Source of the DNA: Chrysomallon squamiferum
Lineage: Eukaryota; Animalia; Mollusca
NCBI GenBank assembly: GCA_012295275.1
Contig: CM022668.1
Span: 8,556,001-8,620,000, forward strand
Direction of reading: 5' to 3'
DNA length: 64,000 nt
The position numbers were made by a program, and so were the translations under genes. The notes beneath the pieces are model-generated. The model had not been told where the DNA came from. It made no database searches and worked only from the letters and a program-made list of their open reading frames with translations. This document shows positions 43,067 through 58,158 of this stretch, in pieces (within the stretch, counting starts at the first letter, position 1; each line of letters starts with the position of its first letter).

Positions 43067-44377
43067 TAACTCACCAGCCACAGCTGTTTCATTGAACAGT
43101 TATTTCCCTTTTAATGATGCAGATCTCATACCACAGTTACTTTAAAACCACAGAAATATGTTATTATTTAAATATAACATAACTTTTAATATTTATTAAT
43201 AAGATATTTACACTTCAGTCTGAGAAGTATTTTTGTTTGTACAGAAATGTTATATTTCATTTTGTCTCAGGAGTTTTGTTCTGTTTAGAAAATTAACATT
43301 TGATATTTACATATAATGAAAATTGAAAAGACTTTAGTAAATTACAAATGTCAAGGAAATGTAGTGAATTGTTATTGAATGATGTTTAAAAATATGTGTT
43401 TTTACAATATCATATACCATGTTTATTTAGAGATGCTGTGATATGAACACAGGCAAAGCTATGCTTTACATGTTAAACAACTTTCATAGAATATTTACAG
43501 TTATTGATATAATTTGTTTTAAAATTAATAATAATAAGATGAAGAAAACATAAATATAAACATATATATATATATATATATATTGTTGCAAGATTATTAA
43601 TAAACCATTTTGAAAATATGGACGTCTGGTGTCCATGGGTGTATGTGTTTTACTCCAGGTACATGACATCTGATGTTTAGGCCTGATGTTGTTGTTTCTT
43701 ATTCCTTACTAAATATAAAGTACTAACAACCATACCGTTCAATAAAACCACTGAAAGAAATCAATGTAGTTTCATTAAATAAATATTTATTAAACATAAT
43801 TTTTAGATATTTATATTACTTATTATAATTTTCAGGTTTGATTGTAATTTTCTAGATTTGTAAATACCTAACAGGTTATAATACAGTTTCCAATTTTTAT
43901 TATTATTATTTTTTTTATCATATTTATACGATATATGAGATCAAAATAACCCTGGTAAGAGTATGTAGTATAAAATAAAGAGATAATTTTATGTTTTTTT
44001 AGTAACAGATTAGATTATTTTTAATGGTATTTTTTTCATCAGTAGCACTATATATATATATATATACTCAGCATATTTATGAAAATGTTATTGTAAAAAT
44101 TTCATTGAGATGTTTTGTGTTTTGACTTTTATGACATTTCATATGCAGTCTTTAGTTTCCTGTGATTTTGTAATATTATACAGACATATTTTATATTTTT
44201 TTATATGAATGTTTTTTCAGTCCACCTATTTAGACTAGTTATTTTGATTTTCAAGCAAGCACAGAAGTATTTTTTGCTGAAAGATATTTTACAATAATAT
44301 TCCCTTATCTCCCCTCAGTTTACAAGAATTTTATTTATTTATACATTTATTAATCATTATTATTATTTTCTCTTTTC

Positions 44378-44409
<32 letters not shown>

Positions 44410-46919
44410 CTGCATTTAAACATCTCCTCTTTGTTAGGTTTGAGTTACATCAAATTATTTCTTTCTCTTGAGAATAATATTTTGAGATCTAAACAATATA
44501 TGCTTCTTCTTCCTAAAATTAATATTTTTCTGATAGGATGATTATGATGATGACAGTGATAGTTATGATAATTTTGATGATGAGACTAATGATATAATGA
44601 TTATGAAGATTTATTTAAATTTGATTTCAATATCAAGATGAAGCTTGTGAAATACTGTTTTGTTGAAACAAAACAACAAATTTAGTTCTCTAAGTTCATT
44701 CTTTTGGCACATGTACTTTCAAATATATTAAACGTACAGTGAAAACTATCTTTAATCAAAGATTCAGATTAAATTCTGCATTATATCAAACTTACAGAAA
44801 CAACAATAAAAAAATAAAAAATAAAGAAAAATTATTTGTTAGATTATGGAAGTTGCTTTTGTTTTATTTGTTGCAGTAAAATAGGTTAAAAATACTTCTT
44901 GTGCTTGCTAAGTTTTATATATATATATATACACACATATATTGGAAAGTTGTTGGTTTTTAAATGTTTTATTACAGGTTTGAAAGAAATGTATTTTAAT
45001 ATGTTACTATCTTTTTGATATTATTTTCCTGTTCTGTATTATTTTGGTTCATTTCTTTCCTCTTTTTGTTTTGTTTTTGTTTTATTTTAATTTTAATGTA
45101 GCTGTGTGTGTGTGTGTGTGTACACACACAAACATATATATCTTGTACATGACATACTTGCACGTTACAAACCTAGTTTTAAATGCACTGCAATTTGAGT
45201 TTGTGGTTAAAATTCATTTTTAACTGTAATTGAAGTTAACAGATTTATTTATTTAAAATGTTAGTCTTTCATTCATATAATTTGATTGATGATTTTATAA
45301 GCGATGATAATGGATAGAGTTTAGAATGAATTTATGCACAATGGGGAAAACTATAATTACTACATGTGATTATTTAAACAGTCTTCATGTAAATGTTAGG
45401 TTTGGTTTGGTGTAAGCTTTTGTGATTTTTACATTGCCTAATACTTTCAGAAATGTTTTAAATTGATTATATATTTATTTGTTTGTTTGATTCTTTCCTT
45501 CTTTCTTTATTTAATTTTATTTTATTTGATATATTTATTCATTTATTTTTGTTTTCATGTTATTTTATTTTATGAGGTTACAACTAATTGGTATTAGTTT
45601 GATTATACTGAATTTCTTCACATTCATTAATTTCATGTAATTCAAACATTCTAGTATCTTTAAAATTAAATAAAATATATTTATGTATTTATTATTTCAA
45701 CTGTTAATCAGTTTACTTATAATTATTTAGTTAATTATTTATCAGTTTCATGCTAAAATTTGGCAAAAATTTATATTACCAGTATTATTACTATTAATAT
45801 TATAAATTTAAGAATTTCTGTTCAAACACAAGAAACTAAATAATTTTGTATTTTAATTTCTTACTTAAACTTGATTAACATTTCAAAACATTTTGTTTTT
45901 GTTTTGGTTGTGTGTTTCACTTACACAGAAAGAGAGACAAAGAGATATATATATATGTGTGTATATAGTAAAAATAAAATTAAAAAGTCTTTTAACAGTT
46001 TTTAACATTTACTTACATTTTGTTTTTATTTATCTAGAAATACAACCAATATTTGATGACTGTTAAATATCTGTATTTTTATATAGTGTGTGTTACATAT
46101 TATGTATTTATATGATCCAGAGACGTATATTTAGTTTATACTGGTGTGTTTTGTAAGGTAACTTGTTTGTATTTTAACTTTAATGATTTTATCAATTTGC
46201 ATCTATTAAATTTTTAACATCAATTGTTGTTTTCTTGTTTGTTCTTTTATTTACCTATCTGTCCAAAAGTCCATCCACCTTTCTTTCCATCTTTGTATCT
46301 GTCTGTCTATATATTTATTATATTTTATTCTTTATTTGCTTTTTTATTCTTTTTTATGTTATGTTTTTAGTGGTAAAAGTATTTGCTCCATTTCAAAAAT
46401 ATTGACTCCCAGATATATATTGCTGCTTAATAATAACATAATTGTGTGTGTATTTTCAATATCTTATGATTTATTATACACTTACTATCTGACCTAAGTA
46501 AATTTAACAATTGCTAAATATATCAAATTTTTACCAATATACATGAAAGATCAATATTTTAAAATATTCTACTTTGTTACCTAAAGTCTATATTAAAAAT
46601 TCACTTAGTCTATTTTTTTCTTTCCAACAGAATATACATGTTAAAATAAAATAATATAAAGGTGATGTTAAAAATACAGAAGTCTCCTGTTTATCCTTAA
46701 CATAGATCAGTTGTTGTATCTAATACTAGATATTTAATCCATTTAAACACAATAAATATGTTTTAGTAACTAACGTGTACACAATGATTAAAAAAAGAAG
46801 AAAATAAGATAAATAAAAATTATACATTGCTATTATTCCAGTTACAGTCAGATGGTGGTGATTTAGATTTATATATGTATTGTTTTGCAGTTAACATATT
46901 AAATTGATTAAACAATTCA

Positions 46920-47300
46920 GTTCTTGAACATATTGTTGGAGAAAAACAAAATGTATTGATTGTTGAACTTAAACTCAGTTCTCAAACCAAGCCAAGGGAA
47001 TGTCTTCAGATGAGGAGGAGGGAAGGAGGATGCTCCTAACTCACTAATCAAAGAAATGTGTGGAAAATAAAGTTTTGTGAAAACAGTTCACACAGCTGTA
47101 GCAGTGAGCAGCATACATGCCAGAATGTCATGTGCTACATTTTAAAGAGCAGACAAGTGCAGTGAGTATCAAGCAGATTGAACAGACAAAGAGTTACGTT
47201 TGTAGGTGATTCAAAACATTAATATTCCTCTCTTTTTCTCACCAAACTTCCACTTACCCCATCTGCTGTCCTCGGTAAAGTTAAAGTGCAGTTAAATTTT
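46920..47300 (+). mobile_element. Degraded Tigger/pogo-like transposase C-terminal relic
   Basis: Frameshifted reading MSSDEEEG..EDAPNSLIKEMCGK*..SFVK..HTAVAVS..NVMC..ILKSRQ resembles the acidic tail of invertebrate Tigger transposases (recalled similarity, not searched). Confidence 0.5.
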
Positions 47301-47904
47301 CATTTATTTTATTTATTTATTGTTTATAATTCTTGTATTTTTATTGCATATAACTATTATTAATTACGCAGTTTTAAATTAAACAGTTTCAAAATCGTTT
47401 GGTTTGCCCAAAATAATAGCTTGTGCATTTATTTGGAGTCATTTTTATTCTTAGAATAATTCACTGAATATGTTTACAAAAGCAAATACTGTCGTCAACT
47501 TACCTAAAATAAATTTAATATATAAAAATGTTAAATAAATGGAGAATCTAAATTAATGGAGAATCTAAAAAACAAGCTAAATCCAAATATATTTAAATCT
47601 TAATATATTGAAACAATTCATATTATCTGAAATAAATTTAATACTAGCATATAAATTGTTAAATAAGTGACTTAATTAACTGAGTATTTAAAAACAGGAG
47701 AAATCTATAATTTAATACTCAGTTGTCGTAACAAATTTTAATTTAAATACACATTTATATATAAGGGAAATCTGCTAGAATATTTGCCTTGAGCAACCAA
47801 ATTTGAGTCATAAATAATAAAAGTTTATTTTCTATTACGAAAATAATTTTCTAGTTAATATATTGTACTGGATTAATAGCATAAATATCAAATCAGTGCC
47901 AAAA

Positions 47905-50142
47905 AATCAAACAAAACAACAGCAACCCATCAAACAAACAAAACAACAGCAACCCATCAAACAAACAAACAAAACAACAGCAACCCATCAAACAAACAAA
48001 CAACAGCAACCCATCAAACAAACAAACAACAGCAACCCATCAAACAAACAAAACAACAGCAACCCATCAAACAAACAAAACAACAGCAACCCATCAAACA
48101 AACAACAAATCAAACAAAAAAAACAAACAACAGCAACCCATCAAACAAACAAAACAAAACAAACAAACAAAACAACAGAAACCCATCAAACAAACAAACA
48201 AAACAACAGCAACCCATCAAACAAACAAAATAACAGCAACCCATCAAACAACAAAAAAAACAACAGCAACCCATCAAACAAACAAAACAACAAGCAACCC
48301 ATCAAACAAAAACAAATCAAACAAACAAAACAACAGCAACCCATCAAACAAACAAAACAACAGCAACCCATCAAACAAACAAAACAGCAACCCATCAAAC
48401 AAACAAAACAACAGCAACCCATCAAACAAACAAACAAAACAACAGCAACCCATCAAACAAACAAAACAACAGCAACCCATCAAACAAACAAACAAAACAA
48501 CAGCAGCCCATCAAACAAACAAACAAAACAACAGCAACCCATCAAACAAACAAAACAACAGCAACCCATCAAACAAACAACAGCAACCCATCAAACAAAC
48601 AAAACAACAGCAACCCATCAAACAAACAAAACAGCAACCCATCAAACAAACAAAACAACAGAAACCCATCAAACAAACAAACAAAACAACAGCAACCCAT
48701 CAAACAAACAAAATAACAGCAACCCATCAAACAAACAAAACAACAGCAACCCATCAAACAAACAAAACAACGGCAACCCATCAAACAAAAACAACAGCAA
48801 CCAATCAAACAAACAAAACAACAGCAACCCATCAAACAAACAAAACAACAGCAACCCATCAAACAAACAACAGCAACCCATCAAACAAACAAAACAACAG
48901 CAACCCATCAAACAAACAAACAAAACAACAGCAACCCATCAAACAAACAAAACAACAGCAACCCATCAAACAAACAAACAAAACAACAGCAACCCATCAA
49001 ACAAACAAACAAAACAACAGCAACCCATCAAACAAACAAAACAACAGCAACCCATCAAACAAACAAAACAACAGCAACCCATCAAACAAACAAACAAAAC
49101 AACAGCAACCCATCAAACAAGCAAAACAACAGAAACCCATCAAACAAACAAACAAAAAACAACAGCAAATCAATCAAAAAAAACAACAGCAACCCATCAA
49201 ACAAACAAAACAACAGCAACCCATCAAACAAACAAAACAAAGCAACCCATCAAACAAAAACAACAGCAACCCATCAAACAAACAAAACAACAGCAACCCA
49301 TCAAACAAACAAACAAAACAACAGCAACCCATCAAACAAACAAAACAACAGCAACCCATCAAACAAACAAAACAACAGCAACCCATCAAACAAACAAAAC
49401 AACAGCAACCATCAAACAAAACAGCAGCCCATCAAACAAAACAACAGCAACCCATCAAACAAACAGTGACAGCAACCCATCAAACAAACAAACAAAACAA
49501 CAGAAACCCATCAAACAAACAAACAAAACAACAGCAACCATCAAACAAACAAAACAGCAACCCATCAAACAAAACAACAGCAACCCATTAAACCAACAAA
49601 ACAACAGCAACCCATCAAACAAACAACAGCAACCCATCAAACAAAACAACAGCAACCTATCAAACAAACAAACAAAACAACAGCAACCCATCAAACAAAC
49701 AAAACAACAGCAACCCATCAAACAAACAAACAAAACAACAGGAACCCATCAAACAAACAAAACAACAGCAACCCATCAAACAAACAAAACAACAGCAACC
49801 CATCAAACAAACAACAGCAACCCATCAAACAAAACAACAGCAACCCATCAAACAAACAACAGCAACCCATCAAACAAACAAAACAACAGCAACCCATCAA
49901 ACAAACAAAACAACAGCAACCATCAAACAAACAAAACAGCAACCCATCAAACAAAACAACAGCAACCCATTAAACAAACAGTGACAGCAACCCATCAAAC
50001 AAACAAACAAAACAACAGCAACCCATCAAACAAACAAAACAACAGCAACCCATCAAACAAACAAAACAACAGCAACCATCAAACAAACAACAGCAACCCA
50101 TCAAACAAACAACAGCAACCCATCAAACAAACAGTGACAGCA
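47905..50142. repeat. 2.2-kb A/C-rich satellite, about 21-28 bp unit
   Basis: Core AACAGCAACCCATCAAAC separated by variable (AAAC)n linkers. It creates the spurious 792-aa ORF. Confidence 0.97.
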
Positions 50143-51118
50143 GTAATAGCACCGAGACGCATCACCCCTCCCCACTTTTACGCGAATTCTAGAACTTGCT
50201 TTGTGCCAGATAAAATAAACCTTCAAATTTTAGTCAGCTAAACAGAAGCTCCATTAAATAGAAGCAGTACTGTATCTTAGTTTTAAAAGTTGAGTTTGTA
50301 GAATAAGATAAAACCGATATAATTGTATAACATTATTAAATACTTCAATATAATTTATTTTTCTTTGATTATCATCATCATCATCATCATCATCATCTCA
50401 TCATCATCATTATTATTATTATCAAAAGAAATAATGCATATATATTTATTTATAATATTACTATGAGATGTACTTATAGCCGAATCAATATTTTAGAAGA
50501 AATCGGTAACATGTTGAAACAAAGCAGTTAAAACGTGACGACTCAAATCTGTTCAAGGTGAAACAGTTAAACAGCTGCCAGTACTGAAAACGTGATCTCT
50601 TGTTGGAATCAGTAAACAAATATTGCAGAATTAGAACAATTCTCCAAGTGTGTGACTTTTTCGTGCGTTAATTAGTTTATTTTGTTCAAGGCAGGGCAAG
50701 ACCCCCACACGGGTCAAAAACCGCCTCCCAAGTAACAGATATCACGTGATGAAGCGGGTCATTTCGTGTCATATTTTGATTGCTTTGTTGTTGTTGTTTT
50801 TTTCATTGTTATGCTGTTTGTTTCTTCTATAATATCTATCTATATCTATATCTATCTATCTATCTATCTATATCTATATATATATATGAAAATAAATAAA
50901 TAAATAAAAGGAAAAAAAATAACATTTACAATTGCTTTTAAACATGAAACAATTATAAATAATAATTTATAAATAAGATATTAGAAAGAAAGATAATAAA
51001 ATAAATACGCACTAAGTTCTTCGTGCTATATAATTTTTTGAAAAGTACGCAGCCGTTTTTTTCTGTAGTAATGACTTCAAAAAGTGTTATCTTGGAGCAT
51101 TGACTGGATCGGGACAAA

Positions 51119-51150
<32 letters not shown>

Positions 51151-51790
51151 TGCGTGTTTGTGTTTGTGTGTGTATATATATATATATAAACTATTTTCTA
51201 AAAGACTGTTCAGGTTGGTTATTGAAATGTGTGAACTCTTGGTGGAATGGAAACAACGCATGCTCTATATGTACATTTATTTATAATTAAAATCAGAGAT
51301 CTTTCAATCAGTTGATCGATCAAACGATCGATTGGTCGGTCAGTCAGTCAGTCAGTCAGTTAATCAGTCAATAAATCAATTATTCGATGAATAAACAAAC
51401 AAACATAACAAACAAATAAATAAATAAACAAATACATAATTGAAGAAAAGTCATGAACACAACAGAGAAAATTCAGAATTTTGAATTTCATTATTTTCTA
51501 GTTCCGACTTGAAACTTTCAAGAAGAGAAATACACATACAAAAATGGTAAGACAGAATAACAATTTGTTTGTTTGTTTGTTTCAGTTCTGAATAAATTAA
51601 ATCTGCAGTTTGAATGTGTTTGTTCAGTTCGTCGTTTTATTATGCTGATTATCAGCTGAATGAATGTAAAAATTAAAGAAAACAACAAAAACAAAAAACT
51701 AAATATTAATCTTAAAGTCACGTCTTGTCGGCATTAAGACAACGCTTAAGATGTAAATGATATTTAGCTGTTGATAATTCGTTTGCTATT

Positions 51791-51878
<88 letters not shown>

Positions 51879-51994
51879 TGACATATTCACAGAAGGATAA
51901 AGAGGTTGTAAAATATTATATACATGCGTGCACACCTACATATAGATATTCATTCGTATTGAATTTATTATAATTATTATTATTAAAATTAAAA

Positions 51995-52048
<54 letters not shown>

Positions 52049-52692
52049 GTTATTATTATATGTTAATAGTAGTAGATAGTAGTGGTAAACTAAATGCAAA
52101 AACATAGGCCATGTCACCGGAGACGCAGATAAAAACAATATAAACAGAAATAAATAAATGAAACGAAAAAAAAATTAACAGCAGCAAAAGCTACAACACA
52201 CGAGTCAAATATAAATAATAATTTATAAATGAAATATTAGAAAGAAAAAAAGAAAATTAATGTATGTATTGGGACTGTGATTTTCGTATTGTAGATTCTT
52301 TTTTTTAATCTTTCGCCGCGATTTTTCTATTGTAATGATTTCCCTACGTGACTTCAAAAACTATTATCCTGGAGCACTGGCTGGATCAGAAAGTAGATCG
52401 AAGTTCGTTCTAATGTAGAGTCATTCTATGACTCATAAAAGATATGAGAGCTCTAACCACTAAGCTATGTTTAGTTATGTATATGAGTATTTTAACATTT
52501 TATTTATTTTGATATCTTAATTTAATCTCACACATGGTTTGTGTTTTAGATTCCAAATCAATACTTTACTATATAACTAGTTCACACCTGCTAAATTTTC
52601 AATGTCTGTATTTTGACAATCTTGTTACTTTGCGAGAGAGAAGGATAGTATTAAATTCACAGAGTGCAACAGATTCACACACACACATATAT

Positions 52693-52724
<32 letters not shown>

Positions 52725-53015
52725 GTGTACATATATATATGTATATATATACATATGAAAAATAATAACAAAATAAAAGAGAAAACACTCTTTCCATCAC
52801 GGTGAAATTAGGATGATATCAAGGTATGTTACAAATGGAGGGGAGATGTCACACAAATCGAAGCAGAATTCATTTTTATCTTTACTAAAATTTATTTAAA
52901 AGTCTGTGGGGCTCCTGAACACGCCACGTGTGTGCGTCACAGAATGATTTATAAGTCGCTGCTTTTTACCTACCACTCCATTCGACTAGAGCAACAAGAG
53001 AAAAGAAAAGTAAAT

Positions 53016-54018
53016 ATGAGGCTGTGTTTACTTCTCGTAGTTGTAGTTGTTGCATGCCTGGCGGTAGCAGAGTCGCATGTATCTTGGGAACATCATCATT
53101 TCTTTAACTGTGCAAACAGGTGAAATGTTATAAATTATTATTTTTATTTGTTACATGTTTTAAAGTTTGCTGCTGTAACTTTTTTCCGTTTTATTAATTA
53201 ATTAATTAATTTATTTATAACACATTTTTCTTCTGTAACTCTATATTATTATTATTGTTCTCATCATCATCGTCATCTTGATTATTACTGTTACTAAAAT
53301 CATTAATATTATTATTATATATATATCGAGAGATTTGTTATCATTCTTAATTTGGTTATTATTATTAACTACGTTTTATTGTTACTGGTGTTGCTATAGC
53401 TATAATACTGTAATCCATTATTTCAGAATTAAAACGATGCAAATCAGACTCGATCTTCTGAAAAAACGGTTAGATGATTGCGAAGCCAAAAGTATGTAAC
53501 ATTACTGCACTTTATTTGCAAAAATAAATAAATAAATAAATAAATAAAATAAAATAAAATAAAATAATTATAATTTCTAAATTCTGAATACAAATTGTTA
53601 AAGCAGTTAATTATTATCGTGTCCTATAAATATGCACCTTAATTCTAAATAATTATTACATTCATAGTTCCCTTACTGATACAAAAATATAGAGTTATAT
53701 ACAGTCATACAAATACACATTTATATGCACTTCACCAAATATAGCATATTTACACATAGATACATACATACATACATACATACTCATACTTAAACGTAGG
53801 CACATATGCTGACACTAATATTTAAACACACATATTAATTACGGAGATAATATCTACTAGTTCAACACAAAGACATACACATTTTGACGTACAACATTCG
53901 TTTAACTACAAATAAATAAAAAAAATTATATAAATAACTTATAAAAGCAAATTTATTATCTGAGATCACTACATTCTAATGTATGTTATTTTTTGTTTCT
54001 TTGCAGCTACTACGAAAC
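53016..54018 (+). CDS. Small secreted protein (signal peptide, His-rich N-terminus, short coiled segment); first three exons
   Basis: Exon 53016-53119 MRLCLLLVVVVVACLAVAES-HVSWEHHHFFNCAN; exon 53427-53491 RIKTMQIRLDLLKKRLDDCEAK; 12-nt microexon 54007-54018 (TTGCAG|CTACTACGAAAC|GTAAGT, TTTK). All in phase. TTTATAAG at about 52948 upstream. Confidence 0.75.
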
Positions 54019-54211
54019 GTAAGTTTGTAACAATCATTTTGTTTGTCTAATAAATCGAGAATGTACTCTACACACAGACACACACTGACACACATAAAAC
54101 ATTCACTTACATAAACATAATACACATAATATACAAACACTATAAAGACATTCATTAATACGAGATATGTATGTATATATATGTGTGTATGTATGCGTGT
54201 TTATATATATT

Positions 54212-54271
<60 letters not shown>

Positions 54272-55429
54272 AAGTAAAAAATATGAATACAGTACATGCT
54301 ATTTTGAATCTCTTTTTAATTTTTTTTTTTTTTTTTTTAGTTCCTCCTCCTTGAATCTTCAAGAACAGAAAAATCTGAAAAGAAATAGAAATGTGAACGT
54401 TTTTGCCAGATCGAATATAAATTATTTGTGCACTTTGAATGTGTTTGTTCATATTAATAGAGTGTTGCTGGAGTGTTGTCTGTGTATATCTGCTGAGTTA
54501 CACAATGAAAGAGAGATTTAGAGAGAGAGAAAAGGAAAGATGCATATACATCTATATGGTATTGCATATGATGTTTGTTTCATATATCATCATTTTCATC
54601 ATAATCATAATAATCGAAAAAAAAAAAAAAAAAAACCCCAGAAAAAATCGAAAATCTCATTCTTACTGATTTTATTATCTAATGAAGAAACTACACGTTT
54701 TTTAAATATATTTATTTCTTTTTTTCTGTTTGCTGTTTCCGACGGTAAAATCCTTCAGATAAATAAAAATGATTTCGAAAATCTATTCCAGCATCAAACC
54801 GTTTCGTCAAACAAATTAGCATTAGTCTGATTAAATCTCCAGCAACATTATTCTGCAAGAAACATAGCTAATATTTTATTTAAATGAATGTTCACTTTTA
54901 CAGATAAAAATCAGGAAATTACGTATGCATATGAGTGTGGAACAAGTTATAATTAGGTTACATTAAAATTGTGAAACTAGGTGATTCGCGAAATCCTGAA
55001 ACCTTCCTATAGCCATCTTTTGTAAACTCAGCGTAATGTGAACTAATAATTTTATAAAGAAGAAAGTGTACACACCATTACTAAATGATAATATATATAG
55101 AAATGACATAAATATTACATTATATTCGTCTTCACTGAATAAACCTGTCATCAAGAAACACATTTAAATAATATTGATAATTTTGTAGAAATATTCTAAG
55201 AGGTTAAAGGTAAATAAACGAAAATGTGCTGGTGCCATTTTATTAAAAAGACACTTTGCATTTTTCTGTTCTAAAAACAAAATGAGAGGGAGAAGGGAGA
55301 GTTTTAAGTTTACTGGGTCAGTTTTCAGATATAAAATTAGTTACCGTAGTTTGTAGTTATGCACCATCTGAACCCATGTAACCTGTTGATTTCTTCACTG
55401 TTTAGACGTCGTTGTTTTTGACCGGATAG

Positions 55430-55675
55430 CAGTGGCGTGCAGAGGTCTGTTGATGCCCGGGGACAGCTCCTTCATTGTGTGCCTCAGATACTCAAATATA
55501 AACTAGAACTGAGAAATATTATGAGAAATGAAGATATTTTGTATATGTAAACACAGATGAAACATAAAATAAACACTTTATTCGATTTAAATATAAATAA
55601 ACCAAATTTATTAAGTTATTTTCTCTGTTGAATGCACCCCCCCCCTCGCAACAGTTTGGATGCCCGGGGCCACCA
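55430..55675 (+). mobile_element. hAT-like non-autonomous element fragment
   Basis: Starts CAGTGGCGT and has the subterminal motif GATGCCCGGGG twice. No matching right TIR was seen. A second hAT-like end, CAGGGGCGGATT, is at 55833. Confidence 0.4.
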
Positions 55676-56047
55676 GACTTGTCTGGACTAAATTCTGCTT
55701 CGACAAAATTTAAAAGCGGTGGGTTGCAGGATGCTAAATAAGACCATTTTAAAAGAGAACAGGAGTTTGTCGAAACTTTTTGTTACTAGTTGAAGCGAGA
55801 CAGCTGCCAAATCTGACAGAATTAAAAGTAGACAGGGGCGGATTATAGTGGGTTCCCAGATGTACCCTCCTTCGGCTAATCAAAAACAAAAAAATATGTG
55901 TTTGTGTGTGTATGTATGCGTGTGTGTATGTGTGTGCGCGCGTGTGTGTATATGTATGTGTGTGTATGTGTGTGTATGTGTGTGTTTGTGTGTGTGTATG
56001 TATTTGTGTGTATGTAAACTTTATTAAAATAGTTCACAATAAACACA

Positions 56048-56128
<81 letters not shown>

Positions 56129-56635
56129 ATATGTTTTCTAAAGCATATAAGAAAAAAATATAAAGTGTATGAACAAAAATAAGTGACTTGGGCTAGGATT
56201 AGAGCGAAACGTGTACATCATATTTTATTAATAAAATGCAAAAAATAAATTAACTGAAGAACCAAAGGAAGTTTTAAATGAAACAACTAAAATCATTTAT
56301 GAATTTTGTTTGACAAATCTGAACAGACTGGGTTCTTTTTATTTCTTCTTTTTTACCCCTTAACATTATTTGCTAAATCACATTACGAGGACTTTAGCAG
56401 AAGAGGACAGAGATGCAGATGTAGGGGAGATAACTACTGTTGTCGATGCTAATGTTTGTCAAAGTACACTACAGTATATATATATATATATATGACAATG
56501 TTAAACATTAAATCAGAGTAACATCCCGCTTTAAATCATTGTTTTTTTCGTCAATCCCGCGAGGGATTTTAGTCCACAGAATGAACTATTAAAGATAAAT
56601 AAAAAAATAAAAATAAATAATAATAATAATAATAA

Positions 56636-56682
<47 letters not shown>

Positions 56683-57249
56683 ATACGTTTGACAAGCTCG
56701 CTTTTTTGTTATTTAAAGCTGGTAACTAGAGATGACTGTGTCTGACACGCCCACATAGAATTAATTATAACAGCTGATCATAAAGGATCCTGAGGACAAA
56801 GCTTTATTTCAATATATTATTTTTAATTCAGTCTTTCTTTCTTTCTTTCTTTCTTCTTCTTCTTCTTCTTCTTCTTCTTCTTCTTCTTCTTCTTCTTCTT
56901 CTTTTTCGTTTTCTTCTTCACTTTATGACAGCTAGACCACACATATTGAAATTCGTCCGATTTTGGTTGAACTGAATTTCTTCTCTCTGTAACATGACAT
57001 CGTTTATGCACAAATAAGCTTTGTACTGTCGCATATAAAAAAGTACTTTGCTAGCGATCGCTCAGATAACTCCCGCCCAGTCTGGTCGTTAGTTTCAGGC
57101 TCGTCTGTATCAAGTGTCGAGAATGTTAAAAAATACTAACTAACGCAGACAGACCAGTAACTCGGTGGATCGTTACACCGGAGGGGAATGTGTGAATTAT
57201 TTACATCAGTTGAGTAAAAAACTTTCATTCACGAATTATATTTCAGCAA

Positions 57250-57356
57250 ATATATGTATATTTGGTACATCAATGTATATTTGGTACATCTATGTATATT
57301 TCAGTACATCTATGTATATTTGGTACATCTATGTATATTTGGTACATCTATGTATG
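57250..57356. repeat. 20-bp tandem repeat
   Basis: ATATTTGGTACATCTATGTA-like unit, about 5 copies. Confidence 0.85.
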
Positions 57357-57953
57357 TAGATAGTACATGACAACTTTTCTTATTGAGTAGTTTCTATTAT
57401 TTTCACCCTGATCAGTGAATAGTATGTGGAAATAATTTCGAAGCAAGATTTGGGAGCAGGTGAAACATAAATTAGAGTAACTTTCCTTAGCATTATCCTG
57501 TGATAATAAATGACCACTCAAAATGTTTGTTTTGTGTTCCTCTGTCAGTTCGACAGATAAACCTAATTTTGAATCATTTCGTCACCTACTGGGACAGTTT
57601 CTTCAGCCAGGCCAGGCCAATGCTGGAAAAGGTATCAAGAAGAATGTCTAATTATTTAAAGGCACCATGCTTAGCTATATATATATATATATATAAATGA
57701 AACTGAAAGAAACAGTGTAACACGTGAGAAGAGCAATGCATTACATAAACTGAACAAAAACAAAACAGTTTATATTATTTAAAAATACCAAGCTGTTGTA
57801 GCTACACACTCCCTCATGTCATTTTGTTCTGTCATCGAACATTAGTAAAAATTCGATTTCGTAATTTCAGTTGTACAAGTTCAGTTACAGATATGGAAAT
57901 TTGTTAAACATGAAAACTATATCAGCCAGTGACAGGTTTCCGAAAATGTAGCA

Positions 57954-58010
<57 letters not shown>

Positions 58011-58158
58011 TATATATCATTATTTAAAAGTTATAGTCAAACCTTTTAATAACCCTCACCGATATAGTGTCATTCTCATCATTATCACTAGGAGAATGCT
58101 AGATCAGGGTTGCCTGTATTTACATGTGTATAGATTTACCCCGTTCACCGCTTTCCAG

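Noticed and set aside
47863-50241. 792-aa Q/T/N/K-rich ORF
   Set aside because: It is a translation of an A/C-rich satellite that rarely forms stop codons. The frame wanders with linker length and there is no ATG start.
54904-54956. Alternative terminal exon for the 53016 gene (HKNQEITYAYECGTSYN*)
   Set aside because: Plausible acceptor but background composition; it cannot be preferred over 58159-58229 without transcripts.
56553-56568. AATCCC-GCGA-GGGATT GNRA hairpin as a Helitron end or terminator
   Set aside because: Only a 6-bp stem, no CTRR end downstream, and intrinsic terminators are irrelevant in this eukaryotic context.
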